From Eledone cirrhosa (Eukaryota), in assembly GCA_964016885.1 (NCBI GenBank), contig OZ024749.1:25544001-25608000 (forward strand): a stretch of DNA of 64,000 nucleotides. The letters run 5' to 3'. The notes beneath the pieces were generated by a model. It was not told the DNA's origin and ran no database searches. It saw only the letters and a list, made by a program, of their open reading frames with translations. This document shows, piece by piece, positions 52,999 to 64,000 of the stretch (the first letter of the stretch is position 1; every line of letters starts with the position of its first letter). Made by a program: the position numbers and the translations under genes.

Positions 52999-53523
52999 AT
53001 TAATATTAATAAATAACGCCTTAATGTTACAATTTCTGAGCACACGGAATTTATTAGAATCACACACAAAGAGCCAGATAAAATGCCATTCTTTGGTGTG
53101 ACGTATATTCAAGAGCCGATTTAAAATCCTATTGAGGTTTATACTTTACTCAACTTCATCAATCCATGGCGATTTTAATATCGCACAGAATTCAACATTT
53201 CAATAACTAAGTACCGTCTAAATACACTGGGTGATATGATCGAGATTTGCCTCTCTAAGAAATCAACATTATCATTATTCTAAAAGATAAAAAAATGTTC
53301 AGCTTCAGAAATTCTATTTTTATAACATTTTTCTGTGTAATCTGTCATTCTGTATAATCATGTTCTTTCATTCTTTTATTCTCCTTTCTTTCATTTTTTT
53401 TCTTTCATTTATCCTCCATTCTTTCTTTCTTTCTTCCTTTCTTTCCGAACATATTGTTAGATATGGTTTTAATAAAAAGAAGTAGAAATAAAAATAAAGA
53501 AAATGGTATGGATACACACGTAC

Positions 53524-53573
<50 letters not shown>

Positions 53574-54002
53574 CATACATACATATATATATATATATTA
53601 TATACACACCTACACCTATATATATATATATATAGGAAGAGTGAGACATTACCAAAGAATTCTATAGATAGTGTATTGCAAATTCTAAAGAAATGGTTAG
53701 GCTTAGAAATTGAAACAAAAAGCCGTAAAAATTCCATACATTTTGTAAGTTATCCCGTGAGTCTTATGCTGCTAGCAAAATAAATTGAGATGAAGAGTAA
53801 CACAGAGAGATTGAAAGACGAGAGGGGGGGGGGGGGCTACATGGAGAAGGAAAGAGGAGAGGGAGAAAGCGCTAAACACAGGGAGAGTTTGAGAGATGTG
53901 ATGGATAGAAATGTATATAGTGTAGAAAACGTGTTTTTTCTCTTCTGGAAATGAGGAGATATGCTGCATGATAAATGTGTTGTATCAATAGATTTACATA
54001 TA

Positions 54003-54494
54003 CAGTAATCCCCTGTTCATCGCGGGGGATACGTTCCAGAACCAACCGCGATAAATGAAAATCCGCGATTTAGAGAGACCATAAACACAACCGTTGTTTT
54101 CATAGTTTAATCCTGAAAATACCTCTCCTACATGCTTTAAGTACATATAAACTCATTAAAACATACTTTTGTGTTTAAACTCGAAAGACAGCGAATAACT
54201 ATCATACCACTAGTTACCGATGGCGGCCATTACCAGCCACATTAGCCGCTTGGTAATACACTGCACATCTCCCGTCAATCTATGAAGTGTTTATAGTAGA
54301 TTAGAGAAAAACACAATCAGTAAAACAGTAATGGAATAAAAATTAAAAACATACCTCTTCCTTACAAGTTTAAATTTTAAACACTTTTTATTGAAATGTA
54401 CGTACCGCGATAAGAAAATAGATATGTCTTAACGAAAAATCCACGATGTAGCAGGGCGGCGAAAAGTGAACCGTGATATAGCGAGGGATCACTG
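54003..54494. mobile_element. Tigger/pogo-type MITE
   Basis: TA|CAGTAATCCCC..CGCG ... GCGAGGGATCACTG|TA: inverted termini with TA duplication. Confidence 0.85.
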
Positions 54495-54633
54495 TATATA
54501 TATGTACCACCTATGTATATATATATATATACTTCGGCAAGAGCATCCTGGTGGGGTTCTGGTCTTAGGGCAGCAGGCTGTTAAAGGTGGAACGATATTT
54601 GTGACACATACAGGGTGTGACTGTGCTTAGACT

Positions 54634-55270
54634 ATGAAGGCCCAAGTCACCAAAAGACCTAAGAGCAGAACCCAACTAACATGCTCTTGCCGAAGGCCTG
54701 AAGCTTGTCCCCTTCAACAACAATGTAAAAACCCCGCTATAATTGACGAAACTGTGGTCACGTCTAACCGACCAATTCTACAAGAGGTCAAATCCTATGT
54801 ATGTATGCGGGAAGGTTTAAATAACTCGTCTTGGACCAGCTGTCGACCTTCAGATACCCAGACAAACGATCGTCCACGAAGCTCGCGAGGCACGTATGGT
54901 CCCTGAAGGACACAGGCGTGGATTACTCCATTTAATGGGAAGTTATTACTTAGTCTAAGCCATATGGAAATGGGAATCCGTCTTGTGGGCTGTGCATTGA
55001 AGAAAGAATCAATGTCCTGAGAAGTTTCCGTAATAGCGCTTGTCTAAATTCAAGGGATGAAACGTTTTCGCGTTGTCAACAGTTTTGGAAACACCTAAGA
55101 GTAATTACAAAGCTCCAGATTTACTAACATGAACAATCTATAATATTCTGGACTGAATAACATGAATAATCTGTTATTATTGCGAGTATCCAGTTATCTC
55201 CAGACGACATTTCTGTATAGATGGATTGAAGACAACGTGTATTATAGCCGAAATCAACACTAAATGGAAT
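54634..55270 (+). mobile_element. Degenerate Penelope-like GIY-YIG fragment
   Basis: TCSCRRPEACPLQQQC..VKSYV.., later CGLCIEER; same motif order as 45450-45770. Confidence 0.7.
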
Positions 55271-55308
55271 TCTCGGATTAATAGACAATCATATGATATT
55301 TTTAGTTT

Positions 55309-55627
55309 CCGGTAGAGCTTCATGCTTTGCAGCATAGAGTTATGGCCCTTTACGTTCTGAGTTCAAATCCCACCGCGATTAACTTTGCCTTTCATTCTTA
55401 CGAGGTCTATAAAATAAAGCACCAGTAAAACACTGGGGTAATTGCTGGCCTTGTGCCAAAAGTAGAAACAATTATTAGTTTCAAAAAGGCACGAGGAATA
55501 ACAATACCGGTAGAGCATCGGACATCTTGATTCGTGGCAGAATGTTACTGAATCGGTTTAATCAACTTACACCAGTAATACACTGAGGTAATTGTTGGCC
55601 TTGTGCCTGAATCAGCGGTAATTATTA
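55309..55627 (+). mobile_element. SINE family 1 copy plus a deleted derivative
   Basis: GAGTTCAAATCC and GGCCTTGTGCC tails. Confidence 0.8.
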
Positions 55628-56393
55628 GTTTCAAATTTTGCCATACAGCTGGTAATATTTCCAAAATATTTGATCAGAATTGTTACCGGGTTGCAACACA
55701 TGAAAATCCATTTTGTCTATTCGTGTCTTCTTCGTGTGAAATTAAGAAAAGGTTCAACACAATCTTATAATGTTGAATCTTTAATGCAGTGGTACGGGTG
55801 GAATCCTGGTATCTTGACATCTTGTCATCTTGAATTATGAAACAGACATTGCCTTAATACCTTGATGTTTCTTACTTCTTTTCCTTTACTCCCTTATATC
55901 TCATTCCAAGAAGAAGCGATGTTTTCCTATAATGCCACGTGGTGAGTGAAAAGTCAGTTAACACAAATATCGTTCATGTTTACTCCATTCGCAAGTTCCT
56001 ATGAAATTTCACAATAAAATGCTGAATAAATAAATAAATCTCTGATAAAAATTTGTTGCAATGGATCACTCTCCACCCACCCTTTAACCAATTACTCCAC
56101 ATCTCACCTACACATACGATACAAGTGTATACCTGTTAGCGAGCGGGTGGGAAGTCCTGTAGATGTCAGGTAGGTCATATAAGAAACACATTCGAAAAAT
56201 AATCATCAAATTTATTGTAGACTTAGATATAGAACATACTCTGAATGTTATATTCATGTTGCGTAAACACAAGTATATATTGCTTATATACATAGATCAT
56301 ACATTACATACATACACATGCACACATGCACACATGCACACATACACATACACACAAACACAAACAGCCACACCTACATTCACACACACACAA

Positions 56394-56528
<135 letters not shown>

Positions 56529-57389
56529 TCAGAAAGAACAACTTCAGAATTTTGAATAATAACATTTAATGGCTGACAAATTGTTTCGGAAACCAAATCA
56601 TTGATTTGTATATAATCATCGATTTTACGGTTGATATTTGTGCAGTAAAAATAAATACTGGATAAGAATCCCTCTTCAGACCCAAAAAGAGAATATCAAA
56701 AGATGAAAATTCAAAAGGAAATCATGTCACTAAAAAAAGCCTACAATAAATGCAATACTTGGATGAACTGAGTCCCCACTCTGATGATGTCTTTTTGAAG
56801 ATGATCAATTAAAGCTTCGAGCAGCATGACGGTTTGAAAAAGAAAAGAGATGGATAAATTAAAATGTAATCAGAAGAGTGAATAACAGGGAACTTAACTC
56901 GTAGCAAAGGGAGATAAAAAAAAGTAGAACTGTACATATGGTTAATTTAGAATTATCTAGAAAAGAGTTATGAAGGAAAACGTGGGGAAAAAGCTATATA
57001 AAAATTAGAGATTAATAATTCAAGAGAAAAGATATAAAAAATATAGTTAATTAGTATATACTAACGGGAGGAAAATTTAATCAGTAAAAATTCACACTAA
57101 AAGTAATCCGAAGTGAATTAAAAATAATTGAATAATTAAACAAAACTAGATTAAAAATAAGTAGGTTTAATGATATGTACTAAGGTCGAAAACGCAAGAG
57201 GACATGAAATATTAAAAAAATATCAGTAGTAAAATAAAAAGAAAATAAGATAATATAGGAAGAGATTTCAGTTAATAAAAATAAGAAGTGTGAATAATGA
57301 AAAAGGTGAAAATTTATTAAAATAGTCTAATAATGGAGAGAATGGTTTGGGTATAAGGGGTTAAAGCCAAAATTGAAATAAAGAGATAT

Positions 57390-57935
57390 GGTTGGTTGCT
57401 GCGCAGTATCGCATCGCTCTAGGTTGGGCAGCTTTCAAGAAGAACAAGGAAGTACTAACATCAAAACGAGTTTCCTATCATTTGAAGACTAATTCTTTGA
57501 TACTTACATCCTACCAATTGTGTTATATGGTCTTGAATGTGTTAATTCGACGACAAGGTCATTTCAGAAGGTCACTACATTCCAGTACCAATTCATGAGA
57601 CTGAGCAAGCGGCTCAGCGACAGTAAATTTATCAGCGAGCTGCTCAACATTATCAAACTTAGACCAATTATATCAATTGTCAAGTCAAGAGTACTCAAAC
57701 TATACAGTCATATAAAAAGATCAACTCGTGGTGTGAGTAGGTTATGCCTGGAAGGAAGGTTGGCTTGTAAGAGAATCAGAGGTCGGCAACCAAAGCGATG
57801 GCTTGATAATGTCAACTTATGGACTGGACTTGATCTTTGACCTTTGAACTTTGCTGCTGGTGATCAAACTTTGTGGAGAGCGATATCTCATGCTGATGCA
57901 CAGTCTGCAGCTGGCAGAGTTTATCGTCGCAAGAA
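57390..57935 (+). mobile_element. RTE-like LINE 3' fragment with (AAG) tail
   Basis: RIALGWAAFKKNKEVL..LYGLEC..RGRQPKRWLDNV. Confidence 0.82.
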
Positions 57936-58070
57936 GAATGTCCTCCATTTCTTTCTTTTTCCAACTGTTATGCTGCTTGAAGCCTTAATTGATCATCTTC
58001 TAAAACACATTGTAGGCTTTTCTTCAGTGACATGATTTCCTTTTGAATTTTTGTTTTAATATTTTCTTTT

Positions 58071-58194
58071 TGGCTCTGAAGAGGGATTCTTATCGAACAT
58101 TTATTTGTACTGCACAAACATCAACCGTAAAATCGATGATTATATACTTTATGTACAAATTGATGATTTGGTTTCCGAAACAATTTGTCAGTCA
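58071..58194 (+). ncRNA. Hammerhead ribozyme candidate with a ~94 nt extended stem II; second copy at 56570-56684 on the minus strand
   Basis: tggct-CTGAAGA-ggga..ttcc-GAAAC-aattt-GTC-agtca; core nucleotides canonical, stem I paired. Confidence 0.6.
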
Positions 58195-58386
58195 GTAAAT
58201 GTAATTATTCAAAATTGTGATGTTTTTATCTCTAAACTTTTGTATATGAATTTTCGCTCTGCGTTTTCCACGTTTGTTCGCTTGCTTTTCAACTTATATG
58301 CAATGAGCACACTGCCCGCTTCGCAACAGGCATGTAATATTCATGACTAATCCCTTAATCTCTCCTCGTTGATTAGTTTGGTCACA

Positions 58387-58459
<73 letters not shown>

Positions 58460-58599
58460 TCATCATCATTATCACCATCATTATTTTACGTCCACTTTAC
58501 CCTGCTTGTATTTATGTATGTATATATATATAATTGAGAAAGATAGGTTTACACATGATAATAATAATGGAAATATGGACAGTAGTATTGGTTAGATAT

Positions 58600-59552
58600 A
58601 ATGCAACCAATCTTAGTTGCACTGAAGAAGAAATATTAAAATTTAGAGATAAATACGAGAAAATTAATGACATTGTACGGAGCTAATAGTGTTAGATTGC
58701 GCAGTAAGAAAAACAATGGTAGCAGAAGCCACATCAGTGTGGTTCTTTGTCTAAACATTGAAAGGAGAACGCCTGCACAATATTTGATAAAGAGTGACGA
58801 AGAATTGTTGCAGCAAAATATATGTTGATAAATGTTTGAAAAGAAAGAGTTTAACCAAAGTGCAAAAGAGAAAGGGCAAAAGCTACAGAAGGAATGCTAA
58901 TGGCTGCGCGAGAGCAAGCCCTCAGAACGAAGTGGGTGCACACCATATTGACTAGAAAGAGAATAGCTCACTGTGTAACATCTGTAGAGAGAGGAGACTG
59001 TGGCTCACATTGTATCCGAGTGTAAACACCTAGCCCAGACTCACTATAAAGGCTGGAAACATGATGTGATAGGTAGGGTGATCCACTGGCATCTATGCAA
59101 AGTAAACAATTTACCACACTCTGAGAAGTGGTAAGTGCATAAGCCAGAGTCGGTGATAGAAAACTATCAGCTGAAGGTGCTATGGGATTTTAGGATACAG
59201 AATGACAAGAAATTAGAACACAATAGGCCTGACCTGGTGATTTTGGACAAGGACAAAAGATCGTGCCTCATTGAAGATGTAGCTCCCCATTTGACACGAG
59301 AGTGCAAGAAAAGGAGAGGGAGAAAATTAACCGATACCAGGACTTAAAGTGGGAGGTAAAAAAGATTTGGAACTGCCATGAAGTCAAAGTGGTCCCAATT
59401 GTCATAGGCGCACTAGGTACTATCTCAAAAGGTTTCCAAGGATGGTTAAAGAATATTGGCCCCGCCACGCTTTTTAGATCGCTTCAAAAGGCATGCTTGC
59501 TGGGAACAGCAAGAACCCTCCGATACGTCCTGAATATCTGATGCTGCAGGTA
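58600..59552 (+). mobile_element. R4/Dong-like RLE retrotransposon fragment (CCHC plus RLE), 3' UTR deleted
   Basis: CNICRE..TVAHIVSEC..HDVIGRVIHW, WDFRIQND..NRPDLV, VPIVIGALG; same family as 23319-23830; left boundary approximate. Confidence 0.9.
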
Positions 59553-62500
59553 GTGGAGTTTCCACCGATCACAATTCCCGATTGGTCGAGGGCTGTGAGC
59601 GCCTGAAGACATTCCAGTTTCCAAGCGCCCCCTCTCGGACTTCGCTTGACCCAGGACTGCAGCTCCGCCAAGGAGACGACCTGGGGAAAGACGTGTCTAG
59701 TAAACGGCGACCACACCTGATCACCTTCGAGGAAGAGGTGGAGATGTCGTAGCCTGAGCGGGTGTCTGCACATCATCAGCCACGGCATGCCCAGCCCTCC
59801 ACTTAGCGGGTGTTGACAGCAGATGGACCGCCTGACCATCGGAGCGCGTCCCTTCCACAAAAAGCGAAAGAGCAAACGCTCCAGCGCAGCCAGGCGGGCC
59901 TTAGGACAAGGTACGACGGCCAGGCGGTAGTAGATGACGGACGCGATTTACGCGTTAGCCACCTCCGCTCAACCTTTCAGGGATAGCTTCCTCTACGCCC
60001 ATTTCTGGGCGAGTGAAGCCACCCTGCTCGTTACCTCGTCCCAGTTTTTGTCTGTCTGGAGGTCCGGACCGAACCAGACCCCGAACAATTTACCCGGTCC
60101 GTCCGTCAAGCGCCCGAGGATCAGGTGCCGAGCTGCAGGCCCACTGACTTTTCCAGGTTGATTATTGCTCCTGTCACCGCTTCGTATTCTCTTAGTATAG
60201 TGCCGATCGCCTCGATGTGTTTGGCGTTCGACACCACTACGGTGACATCGTCCGCATAAGCTGACACGGATCTTCCGCATCCAAGTTCGCGCGGGACCCC
60301 CTTCAACGTCTCCAGTTTGTGCAGTAATGGCTCGAGAGTCAATACGTATAAGAGGGACGAGAGGGGACATCCTTGTCGGACGAGCGCATGATGTTGGACG
60401 GTTCCGAAAGGTGATAGTTCACTCTCACCACAGAGCAGATGTGGCTGTGCATGGCAGCGATCCAGCCTCTGAAGATGGGCCCAAATCCAGCCGCCCTCAG
60501 GACTGCCGCTAGGTAACGATGGTCGACCCTATCGAAAGCTTTCGACTGATCTAAATTGATCGGCACAGCTCCTCGGCTCACAGAGCTGGGAATTCACCCG
60601 TTCTGTTGCCAGTTGCAGTAGACGTCCGCCAAGAGGCCTCCGAACAAGTCTGGCATCTGTACGTAAACATCATAGGGCAGACCATACAAACCAGGCTTTA
60701 CCACTTGTGTAGCCAGTAAATGCCTCCCGTACTTCAGCGGCTGTTATCGGCTTTTCGCAACATTCAGCCTCAGTAACCAAGAGCCGCGACAGTCCGTCGA
60801 GGTAGACACTAAAGTCCATCCCTCGATCCGGCCCGCCGCTTCCCCCGAACAGCTGTGCGAGGTCTCGGTGAAAAGCTTCACACATTTGCCCGAGATCGAG
60901 TAGCATGCGCCCGTCGTGGTCCACCAAATATCGGATCGTGGCTTTGTTGCCACGACGCGCCTCCGCCACTCGGGCCCATTGAACGGCTTTCGTCCCCTCG
61001 TGTCTGAGAGCACGCACCCTAGCTCTGACAACGCAGCCATCGTGCTTTGCATTGAAGAATTTTTCAAGGGCCAATTTCGCCGCAAGTACGTCGTTGCTAA
61101 GCGCCTCGTCTAATTTTCTAACTAGTTCTCCCTCTGCTCTATTTTTCTCTATTGTTAAAGCCTTACTAAATCTAATGGACACTATTCTAATTGCTCTTTT
61201 CAGAGCAAACCACCACTTCTTATTGACGATGGCCCCTGTCAACGCCCGCTTAACTAGTTCGCTAATCCGTTCTCTGTAGGCGTTCCAGTAGCCGGGACTT
61301 GTCTATGAAGCCTATCTAAGTCAAGCACACAGATCACGAATGTGTGGTCCGTGTAGCTGACTATCTTGAATTGTGGACAGCCTATGCTAGACCTATCTAT
61401 TTCCATACAAAATACTCTATCTAGACATGATCTGGATGACCCAATGCGATTTGTCCAAGTCCACATTAGCACATTCGGGAAATCCAATCGGTACCTGTCA
61501 GACAGTTCAAAACGCCTGAGCAGGTTGGTGAGGCTCTTACACCCTCCTCCCCTACTCGCTAATCCCACACAGACTCAGCGTGCATCTAAGATCCCGTTCC
61601 AGTCGCCCACTAACACTAAAGAGCGGGACGTTCCAAGAAAGGACTCCAGACGCCGGAAGAAATCAAGCCGCCCTGCTCCTGTCGGGGCATAGACGGCTAC
61701 TAACGTGAAAGCTTCCCCGTCGCCGCTGGTCACGTCTAGCACCACCAACTTACCTTCTGGGTCCAGGAAGATGGCCCGTATGGCGAGATCCAAACATCTC
61801 CGAAAAAGCACAGGAACTCCTCCCCCGATCCCGGACGGCTGGGAGATGCGTACACATCGTAGCCGCCGAAGATCGGTGCGAAGGCCCGTGCTTCGGAGAT
61901 TCTGGTCTCGCTGATGGCCACTACATCTATGTTTAGTGACCTGAGGTCGTTGAGCAGGTGGCCCTGCTTCCACAACGACCCCAAGCCACGCGCATTTATG
62001 CTGCCTAATCTGAGTGAGGTCATGTTGAAATGGAGTAGAAAAGATGGGAAATACCACTTACCTTACTTCTCGTAGATGGTTTGTCCATCCTTGACACTGC
62101 CTGTGGTCTCCTCTGGAAGGATGTCCTTATAAATCCTCCTGGAGAGTGTTTGTCGGAAGTCTCCAATGTCTTTGGGGAATTTTTGTTTTAGTGTCGTGTA
62201 CGTTTTCTGTGTAATGCGAGTGATTTGCATGTCTGTAGGTGGTGTGAACTTTTGGGTTGTTGTGTAGTCTTTTTCTGTGATGCTGGTGTTGTGTTGCATG
62301 TAGTGTAATAATTGGTTGTTGTTCAAATTTAATGCTGTGTAGTGTGTATCGTTTTGGTTGTTTTGTTTTGTAGGCGTTTGTTGTGGGTTTGTTTCTGTTT
62401 CGCTTTTTGGTGACTTTTGTGGTGTTGGTGATGGTGGTGTAGGGTTTAATGATGGTGATGGTGTTGGTGTTTGTGGTGATGTGGTTGGTGATGCTGGTGT

Positions 62501-64000
62501 GGATGGTGGCATATCTGTCCTAACTATTTTGTTTGATAGTTTATTTGTTTCCCTCTGTATTTTGTTTTTGGAGGGGGAAGGAAGAGAATTTTTTCTTTTT
62601 TGGTTTCTTTTTTTCTTTTTTCCTGATACCGTTTCCCACTCCTCGTCGTCACAATCTGTCTCCAGTTGTGATAGGCCGGGGAGTGTAAAATCCTCCACAG
62701 GCTTTGGTTTTGGTTGTGGCGTGGTGGATGGTGGAAGCGCTGGTGCTAGTTCTGAAGCGTTGGGTGGTGGTGGTGTTGTTTTGCTACTGTTGCTGGGTTT
62801 GTTGCTGTTACAGTTGCTTCTGTTGTTGCTGCTACAGTTGTTGCTGCCATTTCTGCTGCTGGTGGTGTTGATGGTTGAGTCACTGGGGTGGGTAAGAGAG
62901 GTGGCCTCAACCTTGTAGCCTGAGGGCAGAAAGCCCTTTGGTGGGTTCCTTCACCACAAACGACACACCTAGGGCTTCTGCCCTTGACGATTAAGGTGAG
63001 CTGGCTGCCGTCAGTGAGGTCTATTACCTCTGGGATCTCCTCAATGCTTTTATGGTCCGCTTGGATCAGGAGCTCCATCCCAGATCCGGACCAGTTCTCC
63101 AGCTTTTCTTTCGCTATTTCAATTATCTTGGTGTTGGCCTCGATGCCGGCGAGGACGGCAGCCATTAGCCAGGGAATTTCGATGGCCGGTGGAACGTGGG
63201 TCACCCTGATCTTCGCAAGTTTCTAGCCACAATAGATTGGGACGAGTGTGAAGTCGTCACTTCTTAATGGGGCCATGGAGTGTTCTCTGGCCTCCTGTGG
63301 TGTTTCAAAGACGTCCACGGTTCCATATTTCTGGCCACGTCTGATGTGGGTTTTGTTTGCCCACACATGTTCCAAAGCTTTTTGCATTTTGGACTCGGAT
63401 GCCCGTTCCACTCGGCGCGATTTTATCCAATAAGACACGGTGCATAGGCGACGATGCTCCATTTTATTAGGTGAGAGGGGGGTGAGGCTGGCGCTGTACC
63501 CATCTTTGTTTACCATTCCTTTGGCTTCTTCTAATTCCTCCCGAGTTACCTGGACCGCATCGCACGTTTTTGCTACTCTGGCAAAACTCAGGGTAGTTTT
63601 CTTAATTTCATTGTTGCTGTTGTTATCGTTATTTTTGTTATTGTTAATTTTAGTTTCAGTTGTGGTGGTGGTGGTGGTGGTGGTGGTGGCGTCAGTGGTT
63701 TTCGGTGTGGAAGAGTTCATATTGGTTGAATTCATTTCGATATCACGAGTTTCTTTTGTTTCTGTTGTCGCTGTGGTGGTGGTGGGGGTGGCGGCTTTAA
63801 CACCTGCAGTCATTGGTAATGGCGGGAAATGAACGTCTGTCTGAGACAAATTTAAAATATTGCTACTGCTTACATTTCCAGTGTTGGCAAACGTAGCAAT
63901 ATTTACAATGGTGGTGTCGGTGTGAGTTGTTTGTTTGTGAGGAAGGAGTGACCCTGAGTCATCCATGATTTTTCAAAGAAAAATGTTTGTTTGATAATTA
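59553..64000 (-). mobile_element. Tx1/L1-clade LINE, copy 3 (ORF1 type a), degenerate, 3' end deleted, running off the window
   Basis: ORF1 pieces 63966-62063 are homologous to copy 1; ORF2 from ATG 62023 has frameshifts and an internal deletion near 60565. Confidence 0.95.

Larger units (their letters stand above)
56543..58221. mobile_element. Element with ~280-300 bp inverted repeats (Penelope pLTR-like), interrupted by an RTE-like fragment
   Basis: 56543-56850 is a diverged reverse complement of 57945-58221; each arm carries a hammerhead core. Confidence 0.75.

Overview
AT-rich, microsatellite-dense eukaryotic DNA with no confidently identifiable host gene. The SINE repertoire and (TA)n density resemble octopod cephalopod genomes (inference from recalled repeat sequences). 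The window holds: (i) three long copies and several fragments of an (ATT)n-tailed L1/Tx1-type LINE, two in tandem at 25.3-37.3 kb and one on the minus strand at 59.6-64 kb; (ii) R4/Dong-type RLE retrotransposon fragments; (iii) Penelope-like elements with inverted pseudo-LTRs and hammerhead-like motifs; (iv) RTE-like fragments; (v) two near-identical non-autonomous Helitrons; (vi) Tigger/pogo-type MITEs; (vii) more than 20 SINE copies from three families. The most striking observation is at the ORF1-ORF2 junction of the Tx1-like LINE. The ORF1 stop codon sits inside a consensus 5' splice site (AG/CG|GTAAGT), and removing a 52-53 nt GT..CAG segment fuses ORF1 in frame to ORF2. The arrangement is kept in two lineages that carry diverged ORF1s on almost identical ORF2s. 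A covarying stem with a CTTGT loop marks the 3' ends of three LINE subfamilies and the dominant SINE, and recurs in the LINE 5' UTRs. Almost all short ORFs in the supplied track are microsatellite or antisense artefacts. Coordinates were read by eye and may be off by a few bases.
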